Source of the DNA: Eledone cirrhosa
Lineage: Eukaryota
Length of the DNA: 64,000 bases
NCBI GenBank assembly: GCA_964016885.1
Contig: OZ024766.1
Coordinates: 16,058,001-16,122,000, forward strand
Reading direction: 5' to 3'
The notes under the pieces were generated by a model. It ran no database searches, was not told where the DNA came from, and saw only the letters and a list, made by a program, of their open reading frames with translations. Shown here piece after piece: positions 52,101 through 63,955 of the stretch (positions are counted from its first letter, which is position 1; each line of letters opens with the position of its first letter). The translations under genes and the position numbers were made by a program.

Positions 52101-55100
52101 TCCATGGCTGTCTTATTTAACTGGCCACTCCAGTGACTGCTCCTTCTAGTCCCTTCTTCCAATGTCAGTTGTCATACAGGTGTCCATGGCTGTCTTATTT
52201 AACTAGCTACTCCAGTGACTGCTCCTTCTACTCTCTTCTTCCAATGTCAGTTGTCATACAGGTGTCCATGACTGTCTTATTTAACTGGATACTCCAGTGA
52301 TTGCCCCATCTTGTCTCTTCTTCCAATGTCAGCTGACATACAGGTGTCCATGGCTGTCTTATTTAACTGGCTACTCCAGTGACTGCTCCCTCTAATCCCT
52401 TCTTCCAATGTCAGTTGTCATACAGGTGTCCATGACTGTCTTATTTAACTGGCTACTCCAGTGACTGCTCCTTCTAGTCCATTCTTCTAATGTCAGTTGT
52501 CATACAGGTGTCCATAGCTGTCTTATTTAACTGGCTACTCCAGTGACTGCTCCTTCTAGTCCCTTCTTCCAATGTCAGTTGTCATACAGGTGTCCATGGC
52601 TGTCTTATTTAACTGGCTACTCCAGTGACTGCTCCTTCTAGTCCATTCTTCTAATGTCAGTTGTCATACAGGTGTCCATAGCTGTCTTATTTAACTGGCT
52701 ACTCCAGTGACTGCTCCTTCTAGTCCCTTCTTCCAATGTCAGTTGTCATACAGGAGTCCATGGCTGTCTTATTTAACTGGCTACTCAAGTGACTGCTCCT
52801 TTTAGTCCCTTCTTCCAATGTCAGTTGTCATACAGGTGTCCATGGCTGACTTATTTAACTGGCTACTCCAGTGACTGCTCCTTCTAGTCCATTCTTCCAA
52901 TGTCAGTTGTCATACAGGAGTCCAAGACTGTCTTATTTAACTGGCTACTCCAGTGACTGCTCCTTCTAGTCCATTCTTCCAATGTCAGTTGTCATACAGG
53001 TGTCCATGGCTGTCTTATTTAACTGGCTACTCCAGTGACTGCTCCTTCTAGTCTCTTCTTCCAATATCAGTTGTCATACTGGAGTCCATGGCTGTCTTAT
53101 TTAACTGGCCTACTCCAGTGACTGCTCCTTCTAGTCCCTTCTTCCAATGTTAGTTGTCATACAGGAGTCCATGGCCGTCTTATTTAACTGGCTACTTCAG
53201 TGACTGCTCCTTCTAGTCCCTTCTTCCAATGTTAGTTGTCATACAGGAGTCCATGGCTGTCTTATTTAACTGGCTACTCCAGTGACTGCTCCTTCTAGTC
53301 TCTTCTTCCAATGTCAGTTGTCATACAGGTGTCCATGGCTGTCTTATTTAACTGGCTACTCCAGTGACTGCTCCTTCTAGTCTCTTCTTCCAATGTCAGT
53401 TATCATACAGGTGTCCATGGCTGACTTATTTAACTGGCTACTCCAGTGATTGCCCCTTCTAGTCTCTTCTTCCAATGTCAGTTGTCATACAGGTGTCCAT
53501 GGCTGTCTTATTTAACTGGCTACTCAAGTGACTGCTCCTTCTAGTCCATTCTTCCAATGTCAGTTGTCATACAGGAGTCCATGGTTGTCTTATTTAACTG
53601 GCTACTCAAGTGACTGCTCCTTCTAGTCCATTCTTCCAAAGTCAGTTGTCATACAGGAGTCCATGGCTGTCTTATTTAACTGGCTACTCCAGTGACTGCT
53701 CCTTTTAGTCCCTTCTTCCAATGTCAGTTGTCATACAGGTGTCCATGGCTGTCTTATTTAACTGGCTACTCCAGTGACTGCTCCTTCTAGTCTCTTCTTC
53801 CAATGTCAGTTGTCATACAGGTGTCCATGGCTGTCTTATTTAACTGGCTACTCCAGTGACTGCTCCTTCTAGTCCCTTCTTCAAATGTCAGTTGTCATAC
53901 AGGTGTCCATGGCTGACTTATTTAACTGGCTACTCTAGTGACTGCTCCTTCTAGTCCCTTCTTCCAATGTCAGTTGTCATACAGGTGTCCATGGCTGTCT
54001 TATTTAACTGGCTACTCCAGTGACTGCTCCTTCTAGTCCCTTCTTCCAATGTCAGTTGTCATACAGGTGTCCATGGCTGTCTTATTTAACTGGCTACTCC
54101 AGTGACTGCTCCTTCTAGTCCCTTCTTCCAATGTCAGTTGTCATACAGGTGTCCATGGCTGTCTTATTTAACTGGCTACTCCAGTGACTGCTCCTTCTAG
54201 TCCCTTCTTCCAATGTCAGTTGTCATACAGGTGTCCATGGCTGTCTTATTTAACTGGCTACTCCAGTGACTGCTCCTTCTAGTCTCTTCTTCCAATGTCA
54301 GTTGTCATACAGGTGTCCATGGCTGACTTATTTAACTGGCTACTCCAGTGATTGCCCCTTCTAGTCTCTTCTTCCAATGTCAGTTATCATACAGGAGTCC
54401 ATGGCTGTCTTATTTAACTGGCTACTCCAGTGACTGCTCCTTTTAGTCCCTTCTTCCAATGTCAGTTGTCATACAGGTGTCCATGGCTGTCTTATTTAAG
54501 TGGCTACTCCAGTGACTGCTCCTTCTAGTCTCTTCTTCCAATGTCAGTTGTCATACAGGTGTCCATGGCTGTCTTGTTTAATTGGCTACTCCAGTGACTG
54601 CTCCTTTTAGTCCCTTCTTCCAATGTCAGTTGTCATACAGGTGTCCATGGCTGTCTTATTTAACTGGCTACTCCAGTGACTGCTCCTTCTAATCTCTTCT
54701 TCCAATGTCAGTTGTCATACAGGTGTCCATGGCTGTCTTATTTAACTGGCTACTCCAGTGACTGCTCCTTCTAGTCTCTTCTTCCAATGTCAGTTGTCAT
54801 ACAGGTGTCCATGGCTGACTTATTTAACTGGCTACTCCAGTGACTGCTCCTTCTAGTCCGTTCTTCCAATGTCAGTTGTCATACAGGTGTCCATGGCCAT
54901 CTTATTTAACTGGCTACTACAGTGACTACTCCTTCTAGTCCCTTCTTCCAATGTCAGTTGTCATACAGGATTCCATGGCTGTCTTATTTAACTGGCTACT
55001 CCAGTGACTGCTCCTTCTCGTCTCTTCTTCCAATGTCAGTTGTCATACAGGTGTCCATGGCTGTCTTATTTAACTGGCTACTCCAGTGACTGCTCCTTCT

Positions 55101-55304
55101 AGTCTCTTCTTCCAATGTCAGTTGTCATACAGGTGTCCATGGCTGTCTTATTTAACTGGCTGTTCCAGTGACTGCTCCCTCTAGTCCCTTCTTCGAATGT
55201 CAGTTGTCATACAGGAGTCCATGGCTGTCTTATTTTACTGGCTACTCCAGTGACTGCCCTTCTTGTCTCTTCTTCCAATGTCAATTGCCATGCAGGAGTT
55301 GATG
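22132..55304. repeat. 82-bp tandem satellite, array 2 (~404 monomers, 33 kb)
   Basis: Same monomer and orientation as array 1. It begins abruptly after (AT)n at 22119-22132 and grades into Helitron sequence at ~55280-55304. Confidence 0.99.
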
Positions 55305-55697
55305 TTCTTTAAATGCTTCTTGGTATGTTCTGCACTCTCCCACGAAATCACCTGAGATCCTCAAATGTCGTTGGTCCTTGAACAATAAGCAGAAGTGGCT
55401 GTAAATAAAAACTCTCTCTGTTGTTGGGGTGGTCATTGTAAACATGCCCAATAGCATCACTTGCCTTGACTTCATCACCTTCCAGTAAATGACCCTGCTT
55501 CCTTTGATTCCAAGTCTTACAATTGGTCCAGGTGTAGTATTTTGGGATGTCAGCATATAGGAGGGATCGAACAAATTCTTTATTCTGGCAGAGTTTCAAA
55601 AAAGCAGTTAGAGTAGTGTCAGGTGGTGCTGGTGTCAACTGATGAGCTGTGGTTTCAGTGAAGTACACACTCTGTCCATTTTCTATATGTATAGAGA
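55284..55697 (-). mobile_element. Helitron RepHel fragment, copy 2
   Basis: ORF 55348..55713(-) ...LLYADIPKYYTW...FYLQPLLLIVQGPTTFEDLR, continued after a frameshift by GECRTYQEAFKEHQLLHGN (cf. Helitron TYxEACxxxGLLxDD). Confidence 0.9.
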
Positions 55698-55713
55698 TAA
55701 GGATGAAAAGCAA

Positions 55714-55980
55714 AGTTAATCCCTCAGAGGTTAGCTTTGCCTTTCATCCCTACGGGGTCGATAAAATAAAGTACCAGTAATGTACTGGGGTATTGCTGGC
55801 CTTGTGCCTAATGTAGAAACAATTATTACGCGGTTGATAAAATATAGTACCAGTAATACACTAGGGTAATTGCTGGCCTTGTGCCAAAAGTAGAAACAAT
55901 TATTACGGGATCGATAAAATAAAGTACCAGTAATTCACTGATTTATTTACTGGCCTTGTGCCAAAAGTAGAAACAATTAT
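55714..55980 (+). mobile_element. Truncated SINE with its 3' 76-77 bp in 3 tandem units
   Basis: Units start at 55752, 55828 and 55905. Confidence 0.8.
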
Positions 55981-56732
55981 CACCTTTCTTTTTAATAAAT
56001 CACATCACTATAGAATTAAATACGATTGGAAACGTGTCTGAAGGTACTAAATTATATCAGGGACTTTTCACGTTTGACACCGGCACGAGACTCGAAACAT
56101 TCGCTAAGACACCTAGTACCTGCTGTCTTCGTTATAACTTTAATTAATCTAATTATATCTTGTGTAACAATTATATATATATATACACACACACACAATT
56201 TTAATTCCCCGACATCAGTCTTACACTGTCATATCTATTCTTACTTTACAATTGTGTCTACTAAGAGTTCCATTACAATCTGTAGTAGTAAAACTACTAT
56301 TTCACCAGAACATCTGCTATCAGTCATTTATAGACAATATATATATTTTAGACCACATATCAACCTAATATATATATATTTCCTATCAAATCTGTAGCTA
56401 AAGACATAAAGTCAGCCTCACTACTTCATTCTAACAAGATATCAATTTATGACTAAAGATGAAGAAGATACACCAACGTTAATGTCGTGAAATAAAGCTG
56501 ATAACATTGAAACTTCTAATTTGATAACAAAGAGATTATTTCTTTGGTTGTTTACTAACAACTAACAAAACAATACATTGATTATATGTGAAGGAGGTAA
56601 GTTGACAAAGATTTACTTAATGTCTATATTAATGTGTGTAAATAATATAATTATTTTAACCCTACAACGACCAGTAATTAACCAGATTCCACTGTTACAT
56701 GTGATATAAAATATATTGTTATCATGACTGTC

Positions 56733-57297
56733 TTTATTATTTAAATTACCTTCGTCTATTTAATTATCTTGTTCACTACCTTACATTATAAAATATAGTT
56801 TATATTTAGCTGTACCTTGTTGCTTTAAGTAAATTAAAGATATATTTATTATTTAAATTACCTCCGTCTATTTAATTATCTTGTTCACTACCTTACATTA
56901 TAAAATATAGTTTATATTTAGCTGTACCTTGTTATTGCTTTAAGTAAATTAAAGATATCTTTATTATTTAAATTACCTCCGTCTATTTACTTATCTTGTT
57001 CACTACCTTACATTATAAAATATAGTTTATATTTAGCTGTACCTTGTCATTGCTTTAAGTAAATTAAAGATATATTTATTATTTAAATTACCTCCGTCTA
57101 TTTAATTATCTTGTTCACTACCGTACATTATAAAATATAGTTTATATTTAGCTGTACCTTGTCATTGCTTTAAGTAAGTTAAAGATATATTTATTATTTA
57201 AATTACCTCCGTCTATTTAATTATGTGGTTCACAACCTTACGTTATAAAATATATTTTATATTTAGCTGTACCTTGTTATTGCTTTACGTAAATTAA
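56733..57297. repeat. 115-bp minisatellite, 5 units
   Basis: Marker at 56749, 56861, 56976, 57091, 57206. Confidence 0.97.
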
Positions 57298-57615
57298 TAT
57301 TTTGTCTATTTTAGTCTAAACCTCTTACAATTTAATTAACTTCATCTACTTGTGGTTGAACATTACTTTATTGTGGGTTTCATTTCATTATAATTATGTT
57401 TGAGTTAGCCAGCCAAGTAGGGGTTGAGTATCTGTATTTCAGGGCACTGCTTTGATGGTGAAGGGACATCTGTTGGTGTGGGATCTCGGTGGCTGTACAT
57501 AATAAGGTTCTAATACTCTAAAGAGCTAGCTGAATAACCGTCTGATACATGTCTTGTATAGAGGATCATAAAGCCATGTATAGAAGAGCAGTCAGCAATG
57601 TCAGGATTAACATTC

Positions 57616-57812
57616 ATAGTGAAGTGGCAGTATCGGTAGGGAGTCGGACACCATGCTTTGAGGCACAGAGTTACGTCCCTTTATGATCTGAGTTCAAATC
57701 CCGCCGAGGTTAACTTTGCCTTACATCCATGCGGGGTCTATAAAATAAAGTACCAGTAATGTACTGGGTAATTGCTGGCCTTATGTTTAAAATAGAAACA
57801 ATTATAGTGAAG
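57616..57812 (+). mobile_element. tRNA-derived SINE, copy 2
   Basis: B-box GAGTTCAAATCCC and the same core as 17366-17553; flanking direct repeat ATAGTGAAG at 57616-57624 and 57804-57812. Confidence 0.85.
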
Positions 57813-58112
57813 AATTTGGAGTGTAGTCTGGTGTCCACCAGGGCTCTGTTCTTAGCCCTCACGTAGTTATTATCGTCCTGCAGCCTATACAGAGATGTTT
57901 AAGACTGGCTGCCCATGGGAGCTCCTGTGTGCACAGCAGGTCCTGAAGAATGCGATCATATGCATTTTCAAGGTCTATAAAACGATAATATATACCTCTT
58001 AGCAATACTCCCACGATTTCTCAAAGACCTGCCACATAGTGAATAATTGGTGGGTTATGTTGCGCCCAGGGAGAAAACAGCACTATCCATCAGCTAGCTT
58101 GCACTCGATACA

Positions 58113-58457
58113 TCACTTTGCCAGAAACTTAGCATATACTTTACCAGGGAGGCTTAACAAGGTGATCCCTCTATTTTTGGAACAATCTCTCGTGTCTCCC
58201 TTTTTATAAATTGGGATTATTACTCCCGAGTGCCATTTCAGAGACCCAGGCCATCTGACACACATGAGTCGGTCACATTTGAGCTCTTTAATTGCTCTTG
58301 TGACCTCAGCCTCCGAGAGATTAGTCACCGCTATCAGATTCACCTCATGTACATCCGAAGATGCTGTTGTGATCGGGTTTGGGAGATCAGCAAAGTATTC
58401 TCTCCACCTCATGAGGATCCATCTCTCTGAAGAGAAAAGAACCCCAGATACACTCAT
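58113..58457 (-). mobile_element. RTE-clade LINE fragment, copy 2
   Basis: Translation RWREYFADL..IIPIYKKGDTRDCSKNRGITLLSLPGKVYAKFL. Confidence 0.9.
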
Positions 58458-59007
58458 GGTTGCAGGTGCGGAGGAAGATTTCTTGTAACTAATTAAAAAT
58501 TAAAATAATTTGATTTTTCAATAAAAAGTTTCTAGGGTTTATAGATGTAAAATTTCCACTGTTAAATCTATCTCTGCTTCTTAAGTATTCTCTATTCTCT
58601 ATTATCTCTGTTTCTTTTTCATTTCAGAATATCAGATGACATTGGGATAAATTATTATTTTCAATCTTGGATACATCACCTCTATTTATCATCATTTGAA
58701 GATTAAAACTTTTTAAACAGAACTTATATAACACTGTTTATATAAATCTATCAGAATTACTGTGATATATTTCCTCAGAATTGAGTTTAAAGACAAAATT
58801 CCTTTTCTTCACAGTGTGGTATATATATGGGAGATATATTTTGTATTTTAACTCAGCTTCAATGACAAAGAAGTTTGCATCATCTTCAGGTATTAACTGA
58901 AATCCTAATTGAGGGAAATATAACAGAAGTAATATTTTTTAGGAATATAATATAAAAAATATTAAAGAATAACATCTGTAAATTCTGCCAAGGGAAGAAG
59001 AATTATT

Positions 59008-60537
59008 ATGGAAAATATATTGAGTGAAAAGAAGATTAAATGTGAAACAATGTCTAAAGATATGGCTATTACAGAAGAGATGTCAAAGGATAGAGGAGAG
59101 AAGCCATATCACTGTGATGTCTGTGGTAAATCATTCTCTGTTAGGAGTAAATTAACTAGTCACAAACGTACCCATACAGGAGAGAAGCCGTATAACTGTG
59201 ATATCTGTGGTAAATCATTCTCTGAAAGTGGTACCTTAACTATACACAAACGTATACATACAGTAGAGAAGTCATATCACTGTGATATCTGTGGTAAATC
59301 ATTCTTTGTTAATGGTAATTTAACGAGACACAAACGTACACATACAGGAGAGAAGCCATACCACTGTGATATCTGTGGTAAATCATTCTCTCGAAGTAGT
59401 CACTTAACTGCCCACAAACGGACACATACAGGTGAGAAGCCATATCGCTGTTTTATCTGTGGTAAATCATTCTCTCTAAGTAGTATATTAACTTTTCACG
59501 TACGTACCCATACAGGTGACAAACCATATCACTGTGATATCTGTGGTAAATCATTCTCTCGAAATAATATATTAACTTGTCACATACGTACCCATACAGG
59601 AGACAAGCCATATCACTGTGATATCTGTGGTAAATCATTCTCTCGAAGTAGTAAATTAACTAACCACATGCATATACATATAGGTGAGAAACCATATCGC
59701 TGTGATATTTGTGGTAAATCATTCTCTCGAAATAATACATTAACTTGTCACATACGTACCCATACAGGAGACAAGCCATATCACTGTGATATCTGTGGTA
59801 AATCATTCTCTCTAAGTAGTATATTAACTTTTCATGTATGTACCCATACAGGTGACAAACCATATCACTGTGATATCTGTGGTAGATCATTCTCTCGAAA
59901 TAATATATTAACTTGTCACATACGTACCCATACAGGAGACAAGCCGTATCACTGTGATATCTGTGGTAAATCATTCTCTCAAAGTGGTCACTTAACTAGC
60001 CACAAACGTACCCATACAGTAGAGAAACCATATCGCTGTGATATCTGTGGTAAATCATTCTTTGTTAATAGTAAATTAACTAGACACAAACGTGTACATA
60101 CAGTAGACAAGCCATATCACTATGATATCTGTGGTAAATCATTCTCTGATAGTGGTAGCTTAACTAGCCACAAACGTATACATATAAGAGAGAAGCCATA
60201 TCACTGTGATATCTGTGGTAAATCATTCTCTCAAAGTCCTGGCTTAACTAGGCACAAACGTATACATACAGGAGACAAGCCATATCACTGTGATATCTGT
60301 GGTAAATCATTCTCTGAAAGTGGTAACTTAACTAGCCACAAACGTATACATACAGGAGAGAAGCCATATCACTGTGATATCTGTGGTAAATCATTCTCTG
60401 AAAGTGGTAACTTAACTAGCCACAAACGTATACATACAGGTGAGAAGCCACATCACTGTGATATCTGTGGTAAATCATTCTCTCAATTAAGTAGTTTAAC
60501 TAAACACAAATATACCCATACAGGTAAGAAACCATAA
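59008..60537 (+). CDS. C2H2 zinc-finger protein, 509 aa, 17 tandem finger units (unit 13 has Cys>Tyr), 33-aa leader, no effector domain
   Basis: Intact ORF and paralogue of 18865..20142, with near-identical leader and last finger. Confidence 0.93.
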   Translation: MENILSEKKIKCETMSKDMAITEEMSKDRGEKPYHCDVCGKSFSVRSKLTSHKRTHTGEKPYNCDICGKSFSESGTLTIHKRIHTVEKSYHCDICGKSFFVNGNLTRHKRTHTGEKPYHCDICGKSFSRSSHLTAHKRTHTGEKPYRCFICGKSFSLSSILTFHVRTHTGDKPYHCDICGKSFSRNNILTCHIRTHTGDKPYHCDICGKSFSRSSKLTNHMHIHIGEKPYRCDICGKSFSRNNTLTCHIRTHTGDKPYHCDICGKSFSLSSILTFHVCTHTGDKPYHCDICGRSFSRNNILTCHIRTHTGDKPYHCDICGKSFSQSGHLTSHKRTHTVEKPYRCDICGKSFFVNSKLTRHKRVHTVDKPYHYDICGKSFSDSGSLTSHKRIHIREKPYHCDICGKSFSQSPGLTRHKRIHTGDKPYHCDICGKSFSESGNLTSHKRIHTGEKPYHCDICGKSFSESGNLTSHKRIHTGEKPHHCDICGKSFSQLSSLTKHKYTHTGKKP

Positions 60538-61142
<605 letters not shown>

Positions 61143-61240
61143 CCAACATAAGGTTACTTAATGTAACAGAAACACAATCAGACAAGATAAAAACCATATC
61201 ACTCACCCAAAATAGTGCCACCAATGTTGTTAATGTTTTG

Positions 61241-61246
61241 AATAAA
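61241..61246 (+). terminator. Putative polyadenylation signal of ZNF gene 2
   Basis: AATAAA plus downstream T/GT-rich tract, homologous to 20689. Confidence 0.5.
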
Positions 61247-61573
61247 ACTTGTTTGTTCTGAAATTATTCTCCTTTCATTTTATTAGTAGAAGATGTAACC
61301 AAGACTTATGCTGACAAATCTGTATGGTACAGAATTTACAAACACTGTATATATATATATGTGCCAAAACATCTATGATCTCGGTTTACAGCTGATGAAG
61401 GGTTTCTTCTCTCCTTTCATCCATATTACCATCTTAAACTTTGTTTACAGTAACCACACAGCTCCTTTCGTTTTTTATAATTTTATATATATATAACAAA
61501 GGAGGTGTGGTAAAGAACCAGATGGACCATATACGCACCAGAGTACTCGATACTTAGGGTAGTAGAGCGGGTA

Positions 61574-61696
61574 ATAGGAAAATGTTTAACCCCGACGGCA
61601 GAGCTCAATCTGTTTCGACGGCTATTTCTGGAAACAGTCCAGACATAACCGTCGAAATGGCTTCAGCTCTGCCGTCGGGGTTAAACATTTTCCTAT
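61574..61696. mobile_element. 123-bp fold-back element, copy 2
   Basis: Same inverted arms as 21022-21144. Confidence 0.85.
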
Positions 61697-61865
61697 ATAT
61701 ATATATATACATATGTATGAGTGTATATGTCAGTGTGTAGAAGTTTCTGTCCATGAAAATGATTATCTTTATTTGTGTATATATGTGTGTGTGTATGTAT
61801 GTGTATGTTTATGTGTTCTTATATACGTGTGTGCACATCTTGATGTATTTTCAGTGTCTGTTCTA

Positions 61866-61948
61866 GTTCTCAGAGTACAAATCCCACTGAGGTAAAGTTG
61901 CTTCGTTATTTTGAGGTCAATAAATGAAATACCAGTGAAATACTGGGG
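61866..61948 (+). mobile_element. Degenerate SINE, copy 2
   Basis: Homologous to 21328-21412. Confidence 0.6.
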
Positions 61949-62023
61949 ATGTGGGGTTAATTCCTCTTCTTTGTCATTGTCTGTTTGTCTACTCTTCTCT
62001 TTCTCTATATATATATATATATA

Positions 62024-62219
62024 TCCAAAATTAAGATAAATTAAAATAAAATTAATCTATATCAAATTATGGGTGTCATGCCAGAAAGACAGGCGCCATA
62101 TCACTCGTAAAATAAGGTCCATGGAGCTTATTTCATGAGCGATATGGCGCCTGTCTTATTGGCATGACACCCATGATACGATTCAGATTAATTTCATTTT
62201 AATTTATCTTAATTTTGGA
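62024..62219. mobile_element. 196-bp palindrome in (TA)n, copy 2
   Basis: Same length and termini as 21481-21676; arms are less perfect. Confidence 0.9.
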
Positions 62220-62894
62220 TATATATATATATAAATAGGGCCTCTTAATTGTAGAGCTAACTCTGTTGAAAGGACCTGACTGCTGTTTCTAGTTGTCAAT
62301 AACCCTATTCACGCAACTGGGACGAAGCTGGTATGATGTGTGTATTTTTAGTAGATACAGCACGTGTTACTGGTCAGTCGCTGATTTGAACTTGATGCGT
62401 AAACACAGATGGTTGGACTTCTTCCTTGTTGAGAATCCAAGATCTGGCTACTTTCGTTTACCAATCGATTAATTGGTGAAATATATTTCTTTAATGGAAT
62501 ATATACAAGGAAGATTAATCATTTTCTAAGGTATCTATTTTTGAAGTTCTAGTTAAACTTTATTTAGTTACCTACCTAGCTATGTGTGCTTACACACTTT
62601 TACAAATTATCCCCTGTGATTGTTTCATATGTTTATTTATATGTCAATCAATTTCTAGTTTATATATATATATATATACGTGGAAAAGTAAAATATAGCA
62701 GAACAGACCGTTAAAAGATGTTTATTTAAAATAGCACCTATGTAATGAAGACATGACAAATTGTCCTCGCGCTCTCTCTATATATAGAGAAAAGGTGAAG
62801 TTGGAAATAGCACGGAAAATATATTTTAGGGTCTGTTTTTCTGTTATTTATCTTTTGGTTCGTCAAAGTGACATTATTGAAAATATGGGAGGGA

Positions 62895-63031
62895 CATCAT
62901 CATTCATCATCATTTCATTTCACGTCCGCTTTCTCCCTGCTTGCAAGGGTGGGACGGGAACTGATTCTGGCTTGATATCTACAGATGGATGCCCGTCTTA
63001 ACGCCAACCTCACTTACAGTGAGTGCTGGGT
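62895..63031 (-). mobile_element. Probable 3' end of an RTE-related LINE/SINE with (GAT)n tail
   Basis: (CAT)n followed by ACGTCCGCTTTC..TGCTTGCAAGGGTGGGACG..GGATGCCC.TCTTAACGCCAACC resembles an abundant Octopus retroposon tail (recognised from memory). It truncates the Helitron fragment. Confidence 0.5.
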
Positions 63032-63382
63032 ACTGTCATGTTGAATGTTTTTCATGATGTTGTGGTAGGCATATTTCTGGTCATCCACCAGTCAAGGTTT
63101 ATTTTCATCCACAAACTTACGCAACACTTCAATATCATGGTTTGTCTCCTGAAAAACTGATTGTATTACCTCAATTTCTTCTGGCTCTGGCATCCTGCAT
63201 TGCTGGAATTCAATGGGACAGGTTGCACAGAGCTTGATTGTAAATCTTGGAGGTAGATTCCACATAAATATTGCTATAACGTCTTTGGGCTAGGTGTAGA
63301 TAGTCGTCTGACATATTGTTTTTGTGCTCCTGCCAGGGAAGATGAGATTTATTCCACATGCTGTGAGTATAGTAGCAAACAA
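63032..63382 (-). mobile_element. Helitron RepHel fragment C-terminal to the satellite-forming segment, ending just before the PIF1 helicase Walker A
   Basis: Minus-strand translation across frameshifts gives LRQLFATILTACG / WQEHKNNMSDDYLH..IYNQAL / ETNHDIEVLRKFVDENKP*LVDDQKYAYHNIM. This matches Helitron LRQLFAxILxxC..LWxxxKxxMSED..YNxAL..LxxDQxxAYxxI. Confidence 0.85.
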
Positions 63383-63955
63383 CTGTCTTAGTTAACTGGC
63401 TACTCCAGTGACTGCTCCTTCTAGTCCCTTCTTCCAATGTCAGTTGTCATACAGGTGTCCATGGCTGTCTTATTTAACTGGCTACTCCAGTGACTGCTCC
63501 TTTTAGTTCCTTCTTCCAATGTCAGTTGCAATACAGGAGTCCATGGCTGTCTTATTTAACTGGCTACTCCAGTGACTGCTCCTTCTAGTCCCTTCTTCCA
63601 ATGTCAGTTGTCATACAGGTGTCCATGGTTGTCTTATTTAACTCGCTACTCCAGTGACTGCTCCTTCTAGTCTCTTCTTCCAATCTCAGTTGTCATACAG
63701 AAGTCCATGGCTGTCTTATTTAACTGGCTACTCCAGTGACTGCTCCTTCTAGTCTCTTCTTCCAATGTCAGTTGTCATACAGGAGTCCATGGCTGTCTTA
63801 TGTAACTCGCTACTCCAGTGACTGCTCCTTCTAGTCTCTTCTTCCAATGTCAGTTGTCATACAGGAGTCCATGGCTGTCTTATTTAACTGGCTACTCCAG
63901 TGACTGCTCCTTCTAGTCTCTTCTTCCAATATCAATTGCCATGCAGAATCTGATG
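63383..63955. repeat. 82-bp satellite, array 3 (7 monomers) with Helitron sequence intact on both sides
   Basis: Starts CTGTCTTAGTTAACTGG at 63383; the last unit is the diverged junction unit ..ATCAATTGCCATGCAGAATCTGATG. Confidence 0.97.

Larger units (their letters stand above)
56597..58627 (+). other. Putative 5'-UTR intron of ZNF gene 2
   Basis: GAG|GTAAGT at 56597 and TGTTTCTTTTTCATTTCAG| ending at 58627. Confidence 0.6.

Noticed and set aside
1-55304. CRISPR-like array
   Set aside because: Contiguous monomers without unique spacers, no cas genes, and a eukaryotic context.
59453-59974. Minus-strand ORFs with MIYHRYHSD repeats
   Set aside because: Antisense shadows of the zinc-finger repeat.
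62679-62862. Possible degenerate inverted-repeat element (AAAAGTAAAATATAGCAGAACAGACC...GGTCTGTTTTTCTGTTATTTATCTTTT)
   Set aside because: Similarity is weak and AT-rich; it cannot be supported without alignment to other genomic copies.
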